64,000 bases of DNA from Chlorokybus atmophyticus. Taxonomy: Eukaryota; Plantae; Mesostigma and Chlorokybus algae. Made by a program: the position numbers and the translations under genes. This document shows, in pieces, positions 1 to 11,145 of this stretch; position 1 is the first letter of the stretch; each line of letters begins with the position of its first letter. The stretch is taken from positions 1,037,490 to 1,101,489 of the forward strand of contig RHPI01003369.1 of assembly GCA_009103225.1 (NCBI GenBank), written 5' to 3'. A model generated the notes under the pieces. The model did not search any database, had not been told where the DNA came from, and saw nothing but the letters and a program-made list of their open reading frames with translations.

Positions 1-46
1 CACATTGGTGCAGACATACCTCGAATTCCACGCCACCACCTTTGGG

Positions 47-142
47 TTACTCATTTGAGTGCATACACAACATTGTCGGATCTGTGGCACCCATGCTTGC
101 GTGAGAAGCATCCGTCGCCGCCTTCACCAGCTCCACCGCCAT
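47..142 (-). CDS. Probable first exon of a minus-strand gene running off the left edge (MAVELVKAAT...)
   Basis: ATG at 142 follows a GC-rich GGCGGC-type leader like those of other genes in this window. The product is not identified. Confidence 0.3.
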   Translation of the reverse strand: MAVELVKAATDASHASMGATDPTMLCMHSNE

Positions 143-1278
143 CGCCACTGCCGCCGTCAATGCCGATGCTGCCAGGAGCACTGCTACTGTAGCTCGCAGG
201 GCGTTCAAAGTGTTGGCGCCATGCTGCTTGTGCAAGATGACACTCTCGTTGTGCGGCACGCTACATTTACATGAGACTTATAAAAGTGGCATGCACAATG
301 CATGTTGATTATGAGCTCAAAATACACCAGTAGCAATAATGTTCACTGAGTGCAGTGCAGTTGTTGTTTTATCAATTCCATCATACTTTCATTGAATAAT
401 TAAAAAGCCAGTAATCACCTGTTGATTCGTCTTGCGACATCATAAAGCATTGCGGGTACAGCTACTTACAGTATTTCATAAAGGCGATTTATAACCGTAG
501 GTCGGTAGCTGATTTAGATTTAACTCCTCAGTTCATACACCTTCCCCCGCTTTTTCACTATTATATCAAGGTTGTATGCAGTCAAAGGGTATGAATAACA
601 ACAAGTACATTACTACGTACGTAATTAATTATGTAACAATGATGACTTCGCATATACATACAACATGTTAATATTAGCCCTTTCAACCCTTGTATGAAGA
701 TTGAGATGACTTCATAGAAAGTAAATTAACGAATCAACACCTGTACCATTTTGTTGCTGACGGTGTTAGCATATTTTGTGGCGTTACCCCACCCCCTCAT
801 CCCCCCTCTCGATCAAACGCTATTGACAATGCAAAATGAAAAGAAGGGGGGGAATGCCATTACACTAAGTTATTGCAAGTGTAACATATGGTATTAAGGG
901 GTATGTAAATAAAAGAGTCAATTCACTTGAAAAGCAGCAGTTGTTGAAAAACTTGAGTTTGTTAACGCATTCCACAACTTTTGGAGCTGTTGCTGCAGTG
1001 CGGTTTTAACTGTTACATGTTAACGACTTTTTGATTGATTGCCAATAACATGGAAAAATATTATAAGAACCCAACAAGTAAATGATAAACATTTACAACG
1101 CTTTGTCTTTATAACATTTGTTGCCTTGCTTATGTGGTCTAATTGGCGTGTAAGTAGCTAACGCCCGATCTCTATTGTTGCCATGTTGTGGTGCCCAAGC
1201 TTGCTATGCTTTGCGTGCACACGCACATTTGCACTCTCTAGGTTCGCATGCACATGGTTGCTTCTCGCTTGCTGCTTG

Positions 1279-1357
1279 TGTCACAGCCCACTCGACCATA
1301 GAAGACTTGGTGCTTTTATTGTCGATCTGTGGTTATCTGATGTGCCTTCCCGTTACA
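1279..1357 (+). repeat. Direct repeat copy 1 (~80 bp)
   Basis: GTCACAGCCCACTCGACCAT..AAGACTTGGTGCTTT..TTGTCGAT..CCTTCCCGTTACA recurs at 2310-2389. Confidence 0.9.
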
Positions 1358-1589
1358 TTCCCCCCACTTAAGAACGCTGACGTCCTCAGCAGCTGCCCCA
1401 GCAGCGGAGAATCATCCCAGAAGTTTGTTAGGGTCGGTCGCCGGCCCCACTGCCAAGGACCGGTCAACTTAAGCCCATACCGGTCAACGCGTGCCGCTGC
1501 CGGCCCCACAGGTCGCATCGCGACAGGCAGGTCGCGTCCTGACGCCGACTGAACGTCGACGCGAATGCCATTAGGCAAGTCTCGACCCA

Positions 1590-2230
1590 TCGATGATGGC
1601 GCTACTGAACAGTCGGTGTGCCCGAGGGGTTCCGATCAACTCATTTTGACGACATGTTGTGGTGCTTGGACTTTGAGACTGTAGCGATGTCGATGTCAAC
1701 TGAGAGGGAATGTCTTTTTGTCGATACTTTCCCGCGTAAGCCGTCGCTGTGCGTAGACGGCGACGCACGGCATGGTGGAAACCGTCCGCACTCGTTGACG
1801 TCGCTGCGTGGGGTTTGTGACAACGTTTGGGCAGGATGTTGGGCGGGATGGCACGTTGTGTGTTATTCTAAAGGTGTGCCGGTGCAGTGCGGTCGGTATG
1901 GGCCCGGTCGTACGGTCCTCGCGCAGAGTTTAGCGGGAATGACCGGATTGGCCTGTTTTTTGCCGGCTGGAAAATGGAGCAACCCCAAACTTGAGCGAAA
2001 CAATGCACCCACACGTCGACATCGACACACGCCGTCATTTAGGAAATTGGCCTTCGTGTGTCCACGTCGACGGACGAAGACGAGTCTGCCCTTGCCGACA
2101 TCGACGCATCAAGACTTGTCACTCTGCGACGACGTAGACACAGGCGCCATAACGTAGACTTTCCTGAGTTAATCGTTTGCCCATGGAAGCTGCTCGGGCA
2201 CACCGACTGTGAAGTGACCATCTACGATAT
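1590..2230. repeat. Degenerate long inverted repeat (arms ~1590-1730 and ~2065-2230) in a CpG-rich insert; possible non-autonomous element
   Basis: Perfect 18-bp inverted pair ACAGTCGGTGTGCCCGAG (1609-1626) / CTCGGGCACACCGACTGT (2193-2210). Weaker complementarity continues on both sides. Confidence 0.75.
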
Positions 2231-2309
2231 TACTGGATCCAGAAGTAACGACCGCGGAATTGGTGTGCGAGGCAGGAAGCGACCCCAGGTTTCAAGCTCT
2301 GATGACCAA

Positions 2310-2389
2310 TGTCACAGCCCACTCGACCATGAAAGACTTGGTGCTTTGGTTGTCGATTGTCGATTTGATCAATGTACCTTCCCGTTACA
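2310..2389 (+). repeat. Direct repeat copy 2 (~80 bp)
   Basis: Diverged copy of 1279-1357, ending in the acceptor-like TTACAG. Confidence 0.9.
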
Positions 2390-2390
2390 G

Positions 2391-2992
2391 CTTGCCACTG
2401 CATCCTACTGCCTAGCCCCGCCTGGAGCACATGGTGCATACAGCGCACGTAGTTGTGAAGCCCTTGCGATAATTGAAGTGCTGCTTTTGCCTGTGTCTGT
2501 GCCTGGTTTGCTTGCTTGTGGTGTTGCTGGTTGTGTTTGGGTTGCTTCTTTGCTCTATGACCAATACCTTAAGGGTCACGATGGTACTTTTGTCCTGCAG
2601 GTACGCTACTACCAAACATGCAAAGCGCTACAACAAGCACGCAATCAAATGTGAGTGATGTATAGCAAGGGGAACAGTAGTTTGTGGTACGACAACTCAG
2701 ATGTCATCTAGGCGCGACTTGTTGGCACACTCATAGCAAACAAGTTTAGGTTGGACACTTGGAGGCACCCAATACGATGGACTGCATACGCGCAGCAAAA
2801 AGAACACCTAGCACATGCGGCACTTATTGCATGCCTAGAATGCTTTTGGAAATTTATGTACACACGGCATGTTTGCAATTCAACCCAGAATTACCCCAGG
2901 CCGAACTACCTGCGGTGGCTGCATATGTGTCACAATCCATCACTCTAATGCTGCCGTTATTGGACTGGGTGCGTGCCCGGTGCTGTGTCTGA
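2391..2992 (+). CDS. Exons of an uncharacterised multi-exon gene (its 5' exon probably lies near 1241-1330)
   Basis: Exon 2391-2600 is bounded by TTACAG and CAG|GTACGC and reads LATASYC...YDQYLKGHDGTFVLQ. A later protein-like stretch reads ELPQAELPAVAAYVSQSITLMLPLLDW. Confidence 0.35.
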
Positions 2993-3131
2993 CAGTGCAG
3001 AGTTTTGTTGCAAACCTTCATTGCAACGGTTCCCATTGCGTTATGTGACAATGAGCTAGGCCCAATCCAAACAATGCCCAACCCAAGCAACCCAAGCAAT
3101 GCCCATGAACCCTGATGTTCAGTGGTACTTG

Positions 3132-5199
3132 TTATGTTATGCCAACTTTGCGCTTCTGCATCCTTGACTGCCTGAAAGTGAGACTTACTCTTCGCTCGCT
3201 CAGTACGCCTTCTTTGGAAATCGAATGTGTATAATTGTATCGGCAGTCGCTGGTCAACACCTGGCAGCAATGCCAATGAGCACTTCAATAAGCCACATGT
3301 TCTTCGTGTTTTGCATTGAAGCCTGCATGCTAATGGACAATGCCTAGCATAGCAAGGCTCACCGACAATGCTCGGCGCTGGATGTGGCAGTCTACTTCAT
3401 GTTTGGCACCCTTTTCTCGCTTGAACATGTCATGATCACATCTCCCACAGTGGCAAGAGTTGCCAAGACAGTCCCAGACAGCTGCAGACTCAACCAGGTG
3501 TTCATGATTGAGAGTCCGCTCATGAGGAACAAGATAGGATGCAACATACGCCTGCTTGTACCACGTGGACCAACCTGGCGGTCATCAACGTGGGGTGCAA
3601 GCCAATCACCACGACTACGCATGTATTCATTGGCGTTTACTTCATTGGGATAGAAGGACTCCAAGCCAGGCAGCTGCCAGAGAGGACATTGAAACCATGT
3701 GGTTACTTGCTGGAAAGGCACCACAACACAACAGTGTACTGGCCAGTTCACTGTGCAGAGCACGCACTCAAAATTAGCTTGCAAACAGCAAATGCACACC
3801 CCCACACACATGTGCATGCATGCACGCACACATTCAATGCAGTCCTGACCTCGCGAAAGCGCGCCATTATGGGTTGCAAGACATGAGGGATTTGCCGCAA
3901 TGGAGCATCGACAGTCCTGGAAACCATGCACACATTCAGTAACATGAAATGCAGCAACAGCAGTATACAGTCAGCCTCCCGGACAGAGTACATGGCCATG
4001 CTCAACAACAGCTGAACAGCAATATGTACACATGCGGTTGTTACTTACCGCTTAGTAAGACTAACAACCACACCATACGCTTTGCGTTGGTGCTGACCAT
4101 TCCAACTGCTTGACCTCCAAGGGTTGCTGCGGTCCGCATCCAGGTACTCAATAATACACTGCTCCTCCTGCCAGTAGCTGCATACAGGATCCAAGCAAAA
4201 CAATGACATAACCAAGAGAAGCTCACTAGAACCTACCTTAGGAGTAATGAAGTCCATCAGCAGACGATGCCCTTTCACATGGTGTGGGCTGCCGACAGCT
4301 GTTGTTGGCACATGCCTCCACGGGTTGCTTCTTGGATAACCAAGCTTGGGATTGACCAAAGAAGACACTTGTGTGGGTTGTGAAGTGCTGGCCTGCCTGG
4401 CCTTGCGTGAAGCATGTTCATCACTGTCAGTTGCTGGCAGCTGAGTAACTTGTGCATCCTCTTGACCAACAATTCTGTCGATCGCACTCGTGGAGTCATC
4501 CAACTCTATTTCAGTGAGAGAAGTGTTGCTGGCTGGTGCGGGGGATATCGGTGGGCAGCAGGTGTCCAAGTGTTCGTTTATGCTGGCAAGCAGCACATTG
4601 GCCTGAAAGACATAGTGCTGGTTGGCGTGGTGTAGACAACCATACTGTTTCACCACAGAAATTGATTGCAATGTTGGCGCGCAGCTTTAGTACTGCAGTT
4701 TGCGAGAGCTTGTGTGTGCGCCTCGACATGCACACCGTGCACATAATAACTGGCCCAGAAGCTGTCGTCAAGCAGCCCGCGATAATGGGGAAATGGTCAG
4801 CAGCTGCCATGACGTTACAAAATGCAATGCTGCATGCACACAGCAGCAAGTGCGGACGAATGTGTCGTAGCTGACATGCTTGTGGGCATCCAAGAAACAT
4901 AGTGTTCGCTTCACTTATGATAAGGCTGCTGCAACTTGCTGAGCAGCTGTCGCACGGCATCTTTGGCAACGCAAGCGCTGTCATCTTGCTTGTACCAGCA
5001 ATGCTGAAGCCTACAAGCATGCACGCAAGCATGGGCACACCTGGCATACAGGGCAGACCACTCGCTGCTGCTGCTGCTGCTCCTCTCCCCCGTGCAGCTG
5101 TCGCCCGGACGCATTGACAGGAAGAGCACAAGGAGAAGAAGAAGCGGAGGCGCCACTCAAGAAGCCGTCAAGCGTCCGCTGCCGCTTAAGCTTGCCCAT
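3132..5199 (-). CDS. AlkB-family Fe(II)/2OG dioxygenase, ALKBH4-like, with N-terminal PIP box and UBZ4 zinc finger; apparent frameshift near 3427
   Basis: Spliced protein: MGKLKRQRTLDGFL...VCPVCQ|ANVLLASINEHLDTC...GLESFYPNEVNANEYMRSRGDWLAPHVDDRQ|LSGTVLATL...EVDCHIQRRALS|VLTSDCRYNYTHSISKEGVLSERRVSLTFRQS. The HxD...H...RxxxTFR catalytic set is present. ATG at 5199, TAA at 3132-3134. Confidence 0.85.
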
Positions 5200-5330
5200 G
5201 AGAGCTCACACAAACCAGCTACACACAAAACACTGCTTCGCTGCACTAAGCATCTTCTGCCTGCCGTTGCTGGCAGTGTTGGTGTGAGCGTGGGCCGGCA
5301 TTGTTGGCGGCATTGTTGACGTGGGCGGCG

Positions 5331-7891
5331 ATGGCTCTGGCGGCGCGGGTGGTGGTGCTGCCCAGCGTGCAGCCCACAGCTGCTTTCGCGAGCGTTGTGG
5401 ATGGGGTGAAGGTGATGAGAAGGAAGCTGCGGCCCAATGCAGGGGCCAAGCTGGACGTGCTCAGAGTTAGGCGTCGGCGAGGGTTGCACTCTGTTGGTGC
5501 CGCTGGAGGAAAGGTTGTCGCCGTGGCTGCTGCACCGGTCGCATTGGGGTTGGAGCCCAAAGGCGTCGACATGAAAGAGGTGAGTTGGACTGCGGAGACA
5601 AACTTCTTCTTTCCGTCAGCATTGCTCGAAGCTCCACTTTGGCCTGAGGCATGCAAGAGTGATTGCCGGTCGGTGATAATGCAAGCGTGTCATGCATGCA
5701 TGCCTACAGGTGTCCTCAGGGCACCATTGCTGCGAACATACCAGTAACATGCAGACTGTTCTTTATGCCGTACAAAATGTTCGGCACATATTCCTGGCAT
5801 GCACAAGTTCAGTACTTGTTGCACACTACCATCCTGCGCAGTACTGTTTCAGGCCAAATAAACTTTGACCATTGCCAGGTTAATGTCAATGCCTCTTGCC
5901 TGTATGCGCCTTGATGATACCGACACAAGCTTGTCCATTACCAAATGTGCATACAGACAATGCCTGCACACTCCACTTGCTCGCCTTGTGGTCGACACAA
6001 ATGGAACTGTCTTAGAGCTTCAGTTAGGCAACCGCTCATGACCCTGTCTTTACTGCTCACGCGTAAGTCGAGTAGTAAATCTGAGCCCAACTCTTTCAAC
6101 TGCAGGTGATTGAAAGGCTGATACTGCAAGAAGATTTGACGGAAGACGTGTGCGAAGGTGCTCTTGCTGATCTCCTGTCGGGAGCAGACTCCACGCAGAC
6201 AGCTGCATTTCTCGTGTTGCTGAGAGCAAAAGGCGAGACGCCAGCTGAGGTGTGCAACTTAACTGGATACTACAATTCACATCTGACCAAGCACCAGCAA
6301 CGGTTGACAAGTCATTCATCTCTTTTGCGTGCTTTTGCCAGCGCAGATTGCTGGTTTGGCCCGCGCAATGCGCAAGCGATGCGTGCCGGTAGTTGCCGGG
6401 GTGGACACTCTGGACATCGTGGGCACTGGCGGGGACGGCGCCAACACCGTGAACATCTCAACTGGATCGTGTGTGCTGGCTGCCGCTTGTGGTGCGCGAG
6501 TTGCGAAGCATGGCAATCGCTCTGTGTCATCCGCCTGTGGTGCTGCAGATGTGCTGGAAGCTCTTGGCGTGGCAATTGACTTGGGACCTGAGGTACCTCT
6601 TTGACTCTTTGAAGTATTATGTTGATCTAAAGCTTCCTTACTGTTGCAATGTAGCCAAGTGCACAATGATGCATATCCAGAAGGGCTGATGGTACAACTC
6701 AAAGCATGCTTCAAGCTGTGTTAGCCATGTGTATGCTTGGTTGCTACCCACATAATGCCTTGATCTACAGGGTGTAGCACAGTGTGTGCGCGAGGTGGGT
6801 GTGGGCTTCATGTATGCTCCAAGGTATCATCCGGCGATGAAGGCTGTGCGCGCAGTCAGGAGCGCTCTTCGCGTGCGCACAGCATTCAACATTCTGGTGC
6901 GGTGTTGCGTTACGCACATCAAAAACAGGCCTGTGTTGATGCGTTTCTTATGTCTGCCTTTGTTGAACACACGAGTTGCACACCAGGGCCCCATGCTGAA
7001 TCCAGCATCAACGCCGTACTCGTTGATCGGCGTGTTCTCGCCAGAACTAGTGTCACTTGTGGCTAAGACCATGCAGCGGCTTGGAACCAAGAAGACGCTC
7101 GTTGTTCACTCGGAGGGCATTGATGAGCTTACGCCCATAAGTAAGTGTGTAGCAAGTGCTTGGAATGGCATGCTCTAGCATTGTGCACAGCAACATGAGG
7201 CAGTCGTGCTGTATGTTGTGTGGTTTTGTCCCTTCTCTCATCAAGTCTCTGTGTTGCTGCCAGGTCCTGCAGAGGTTCTGGAAGTCACACAACATTCTGT
7301 GATAAAGAAGCGTATTTCGCCACGTAAGCAGTATCATTATTCGCTTGTTTCCAGTCCTAGCAGCCACATGTACTCGTGTGTCTCACTGTTGGCCAATCGC
7401 AGAGGACCTTGGCTTGCCCACTTGCACAATTGAAGACTTGCGGGGTGGAGATGCACCCTTCAACGCTTCTATTCTTAGAGATGTGTTCGGGGGCCAGCGT
7501 GGAGCGGTGGCAGATGCTTTGGTATATGCTTACTCCAATTGGCATTAGGATGAGAGGGTACTAGGTGTTGCTCATCATGTGTGCAACAGGTGTTGAATGC
7601 GGGGGTGGCGCTCGCCGCTTGCGAGATCGCTAAGGACATTCCGGAAGGGGTTGCAATGGCGCAGGAGGTGCAGCGGTCTGGCAAGGCTGCGCAAACGTTG
7701 CAAAAGTGGGCTGTCCTGTCCACGGTAGGTTTTGATCTGGTTGTGGTCATATCGTGTTCAGGCTGCTGGGGTTGCCTGGATTTGCTTCTCAACAGCTGTT
7801 ACAGGCGAGATGCAGCTACTTGCTAACAGCTGGCATCTCTCAGGCTTTGCGGAGACAAGAAGAGGAAGCATCAGTTGCACTAGTCAGTTAA
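5331..7891 (+). CDS. trpD: Anthranilate phosphoribosyltransferase, plastid-targeted, multi-exon
   Basis: [71 protein letters not shown] motifs. Ala/Arg/Val-rich transit-peptide-like first exon. Confidence 0.96.
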
Positions 7892-8567
7892 TATACCGTC
7901 CGCATTGCGCATAGTAGTGATAAATCTGTTTGTAATATTATTGCGCATGTTGGGACCTTGCGCGTGTTGTGAGAATGAACATCCTGTATGCGCGTGGTGA
8001 GTGTCAGACAGAGTGCAAGAGTGTAGTGAATTGCAAAGCGCGGTGTGTATAATATATGCTATGCAGCAGTGTCCTCATGTCCTGGCCTTGGACTTTGCAG
8101 CCAGTTACTAGAAACATCATAGTCTCTGCTGAGGAGGATGCTGTCAATAGCAAGTTCGTGTAACGTGCAGGCGCAGCATACTGGAGTGGCGGATGTCCAT
8201 TTGCCGCCACTGAAGTGTGCAACAACTCCAGGTCAAGCACAGCATACTCATGGGTGATGTACAGTGCAAAGCCTTGCTGCATGTCTGAGGCTCTCTGTAA
8301 TGATGGGACTCACCGGGTCAACACCAACCTGACCATTGTAAACTAGTTGCATTGCACTGAAAATACAACTGCCTTATCACCACCACCCTATCACATAACC
8401 CTATCGACTTATCACAGCATGAGGTACAGTATGTATTGGCAACCTATTGAGTTACAACGATCGCCTGTTTATGGCATAGACCCAACACAAAGTTGAGTGG
8501 TACTGTGACCGCGCGCGAAAAATTTGTTCTTGGTTTCCTAAAGCATGACACAGGCACAGGGCAACTG

Positions 8568-11058
8568 TCACAATGACAGCGTGTGTTGCGAGCGCTTGAA
8601 GTTTTGCAGATCTGAACTCTCCGCCATTCCAATAGAGGCTACACCAGACGCATCCCAACCAGTGTAATACAGCCTCCACTGCCCGTCTTCCATGTCTACA
8701 AGGCATGGCTGGCCAACACCCTCGGAGTCCCAGGATCCCTGTGTGGAACCATTGGTCAACAAGACAGCAAAGGCAACACTGTCCAAGGCTTCCTACCAGT
8801 ACCAGACCCAACATACTACCTGGGCTGCGGCACTCAGCACGGGACCGCCTTCAGATCGGGACCATGTGAGCCCGTCGTCCGATGTTGCTAGGCAGATGCT
8901 ATGCTTGCCCTCAGCGGATAAAGCCTCGTACAGCATCAGATAGCCCTGCAGTTCAGTGACATTTTGACCGTGCACACATGGATGACCGCAAGGTGTGCAA
9001 GAGCGCAATACACTTAGCAACGTTACCTGACCAGACGGTGCGGGAACAACACATCGTGCGGCCGCCCCGCGCTCGTCTGGCGCACCTGCAGGCCCCTTTG
9101 CCAGCACTCTCCCAATGCGTTTCCACCGGATACCATCTGTGCAAGGAGGTGACAATGCATCACGTAATGAACTGCCGGGCTTAGTCAGCACAAAGCTTTA
9201 TGACAACGCGCACCTCGTGAGCGTGCCAAACCAACCGTGAAGCAGCCGCGAGTCTGATCAAAGGCGTGATAGTACATGCGCATGTCTCCCGTGGCGTGCA
9301 TCACCACCTGGGCATCACATTCAACGCTGACACGATGTGCTAAGCGAAAGAATTCTGACAACATGGACAAGCACAATCGCCGCAGCATGGTGGATACCTG
9401 TGGTGCAACTACGCCAAATTCATCCCAAGTGCCGGCTTCGCCACAGTCCAAGATGGCCCCAGAATGGTGGTCTCCCTCAATGCGAGCAAAGTGCCTCCCA
9501 TCCTGGGCAACATAAAGACAACACGCTTGAACATGCTGCGCATAACAGGACAACATCCCTAGCACAAAGAGGAAACCCCACATGAAGTGCGAGAGGCATA
9601 GCAAAGCAGTACCTTGCAAGCGCACCTGTGACATCGCCAGGCCGATGCGCGTGCGCAGGCCTTTCTGCGGCCCCGCGCGCAGTCCAGTAAGAGCCGCCAG
9701 CTGTTCTGGAACATCTACCAACTCAAAGTCGCCGCCGGCGTAATACAGCCAGTATACTCCCGCTGCTCCTCCGCCACTGAGAAGCCGCAGGCAATGGCAT
9801 TGCTCATGCACACTGAGCCATTCATTGTGCATACGAATTAACTAGTCAACCCATACTGCACACCTTGACATGAGTAGGACATCGGATGCAGCAAGTTGTC
9901 GCACGTCAAAAGTCCACCAATTGCCGCTGTTGCGCGTCATCATCTGCTCACAGGGACAGATGGTGGCTGAGCAAAACACATGACATCACGTCCTCAAGCG
10001 AGATCAAAAGTGTTATGCACAGCGAATGTGTTAATATGCGGTCTGCAGTAAGAACAGCGGATGAATATCCTGTGTTGCCAGAAGCAGCATACAAACCACA
10101 TTCCACGCACCACAAAGTCAACAGCAATGACAGCTGAACTAGATATGTCAGTAATCGTCGGCTGACTACATGCATGTGCTATGATCTTGCATGTAAGAAC
10201 CTCTGCGACATGCACAACACCCCGCATGTCATGACATACTGGTGAACGATACAAGCTTCCAGGTCCATTTGAGACAGAGCCAGGAATTCTGGCATGGCAG
10301 CCTATTTTGGTAAGTTCGCGTGCTTAAGCGCATGGGTTCCCTGTCAAGAAGAAACTGTGAGCGCCACCCATGCATGCACGCGTAAGCATGCGTGCATGCG
10401 TGGGTGCATGCACGCATGCGAGCTCTTGAGTTAATGTGTGTGCGTGCGTGCAGGCGTGAATCGCAGGTCAATATTTTTGGCAAATGCGAGAGCGCAGATG
10501 ATTACTTCTAAGTGCGCATTTGTGCATTACCTGTCCAACAGCATCCTCGTCAGCGTTGACGTCTTTGGCGCCGCGGCGCCAGACCACGCCATTGGCAGAG
10601 GTAGCAACACCGACGGAGCCCATGGGGCCAGCGCAGGACCCAGGACCCAGCCGGGGTGCTGCCTCATCCCCAGCCACGTCCTCGTCAACATTGTCGTCAG
10701 GTGCGGCGGGGGCGGTGTAGTAGAGCATCCAGCTCTCCTCCACGTTCTCCACCGTGGAGAAGCGGCGGACCACCGGCCAGGCCGCCCCGGCCTGGTCCCA
10801 GGCGCCTTCAGCCTGGCTTCCCGGCCCGAACACCAGGCCAGGCCCTGACCTGGAGCCTGGCGTCACCGCGGCCTGGCCTGGCCGCTTCACCTGCGCCTCA
10901 CCGGCACTCGCTCTAGCATTGCCTGGCCTATGACACCTCCATGCCGTCCTCCGCCTCCTGCTGTTGCTGTTCCTGTCCAACCAGCCTGCCGGCAAGCTGC
11001 CGGTCCATGCTGTTGTCGTCGCCGTCACCGACAACGCCGCCGGCGCCGCCGCCCACAT
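8568..11058 (-). CDS. Five-bladed beta-propeller glycosyl hydrolase-like protein (plant arabinanase/levansucrase/invertase-like family), probable organellar targeting peptide
   Basis: Repeated blade motifs: WDQAGAAWPVV, WMLYYT, GVATSANGVVW, YWLYYAG, IGLAMSQDGRHFARIEGDHHSGAI, WDEFGVVAPQ, MRMYYH, SDDGLTW, WDSEGVGQPCLV, WRLYYTG. Confidence 0.85.
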
Positions 11059-11145
11059 GCTTGCTGCTGACACTGCGCTTGCTTGTCAGGCGGTGCATTG
11101 CTGCTTGTGCTTGGGGGTGGCGGAGGCGGCGGGGGGGCGGTAGGG

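Noticed and set aside
300-1150. AT-rich region (similar one at 19560-20100) with short palindromes
   Set aside because: No ORF, terminal repeats or second copy seen; treated as ordinary intergenic DNA.
1618-2157. 179-aa ORF within the CpG-rich insert, and many other 60-200 aa track ORFs
   Set aside because: Non-ATG start, no recognisable motifs. Most track ORFs are antisense or alternate-frame shadows or intron readthroughs of the spliced genes.
2299-2334. CTGATGA...GAAA spacing suggestive of a hammerhead ribozyme
   Set aside because: The intervening sequence cannot form stem II (its ends do not pair), and no stem I or III partners are evident.
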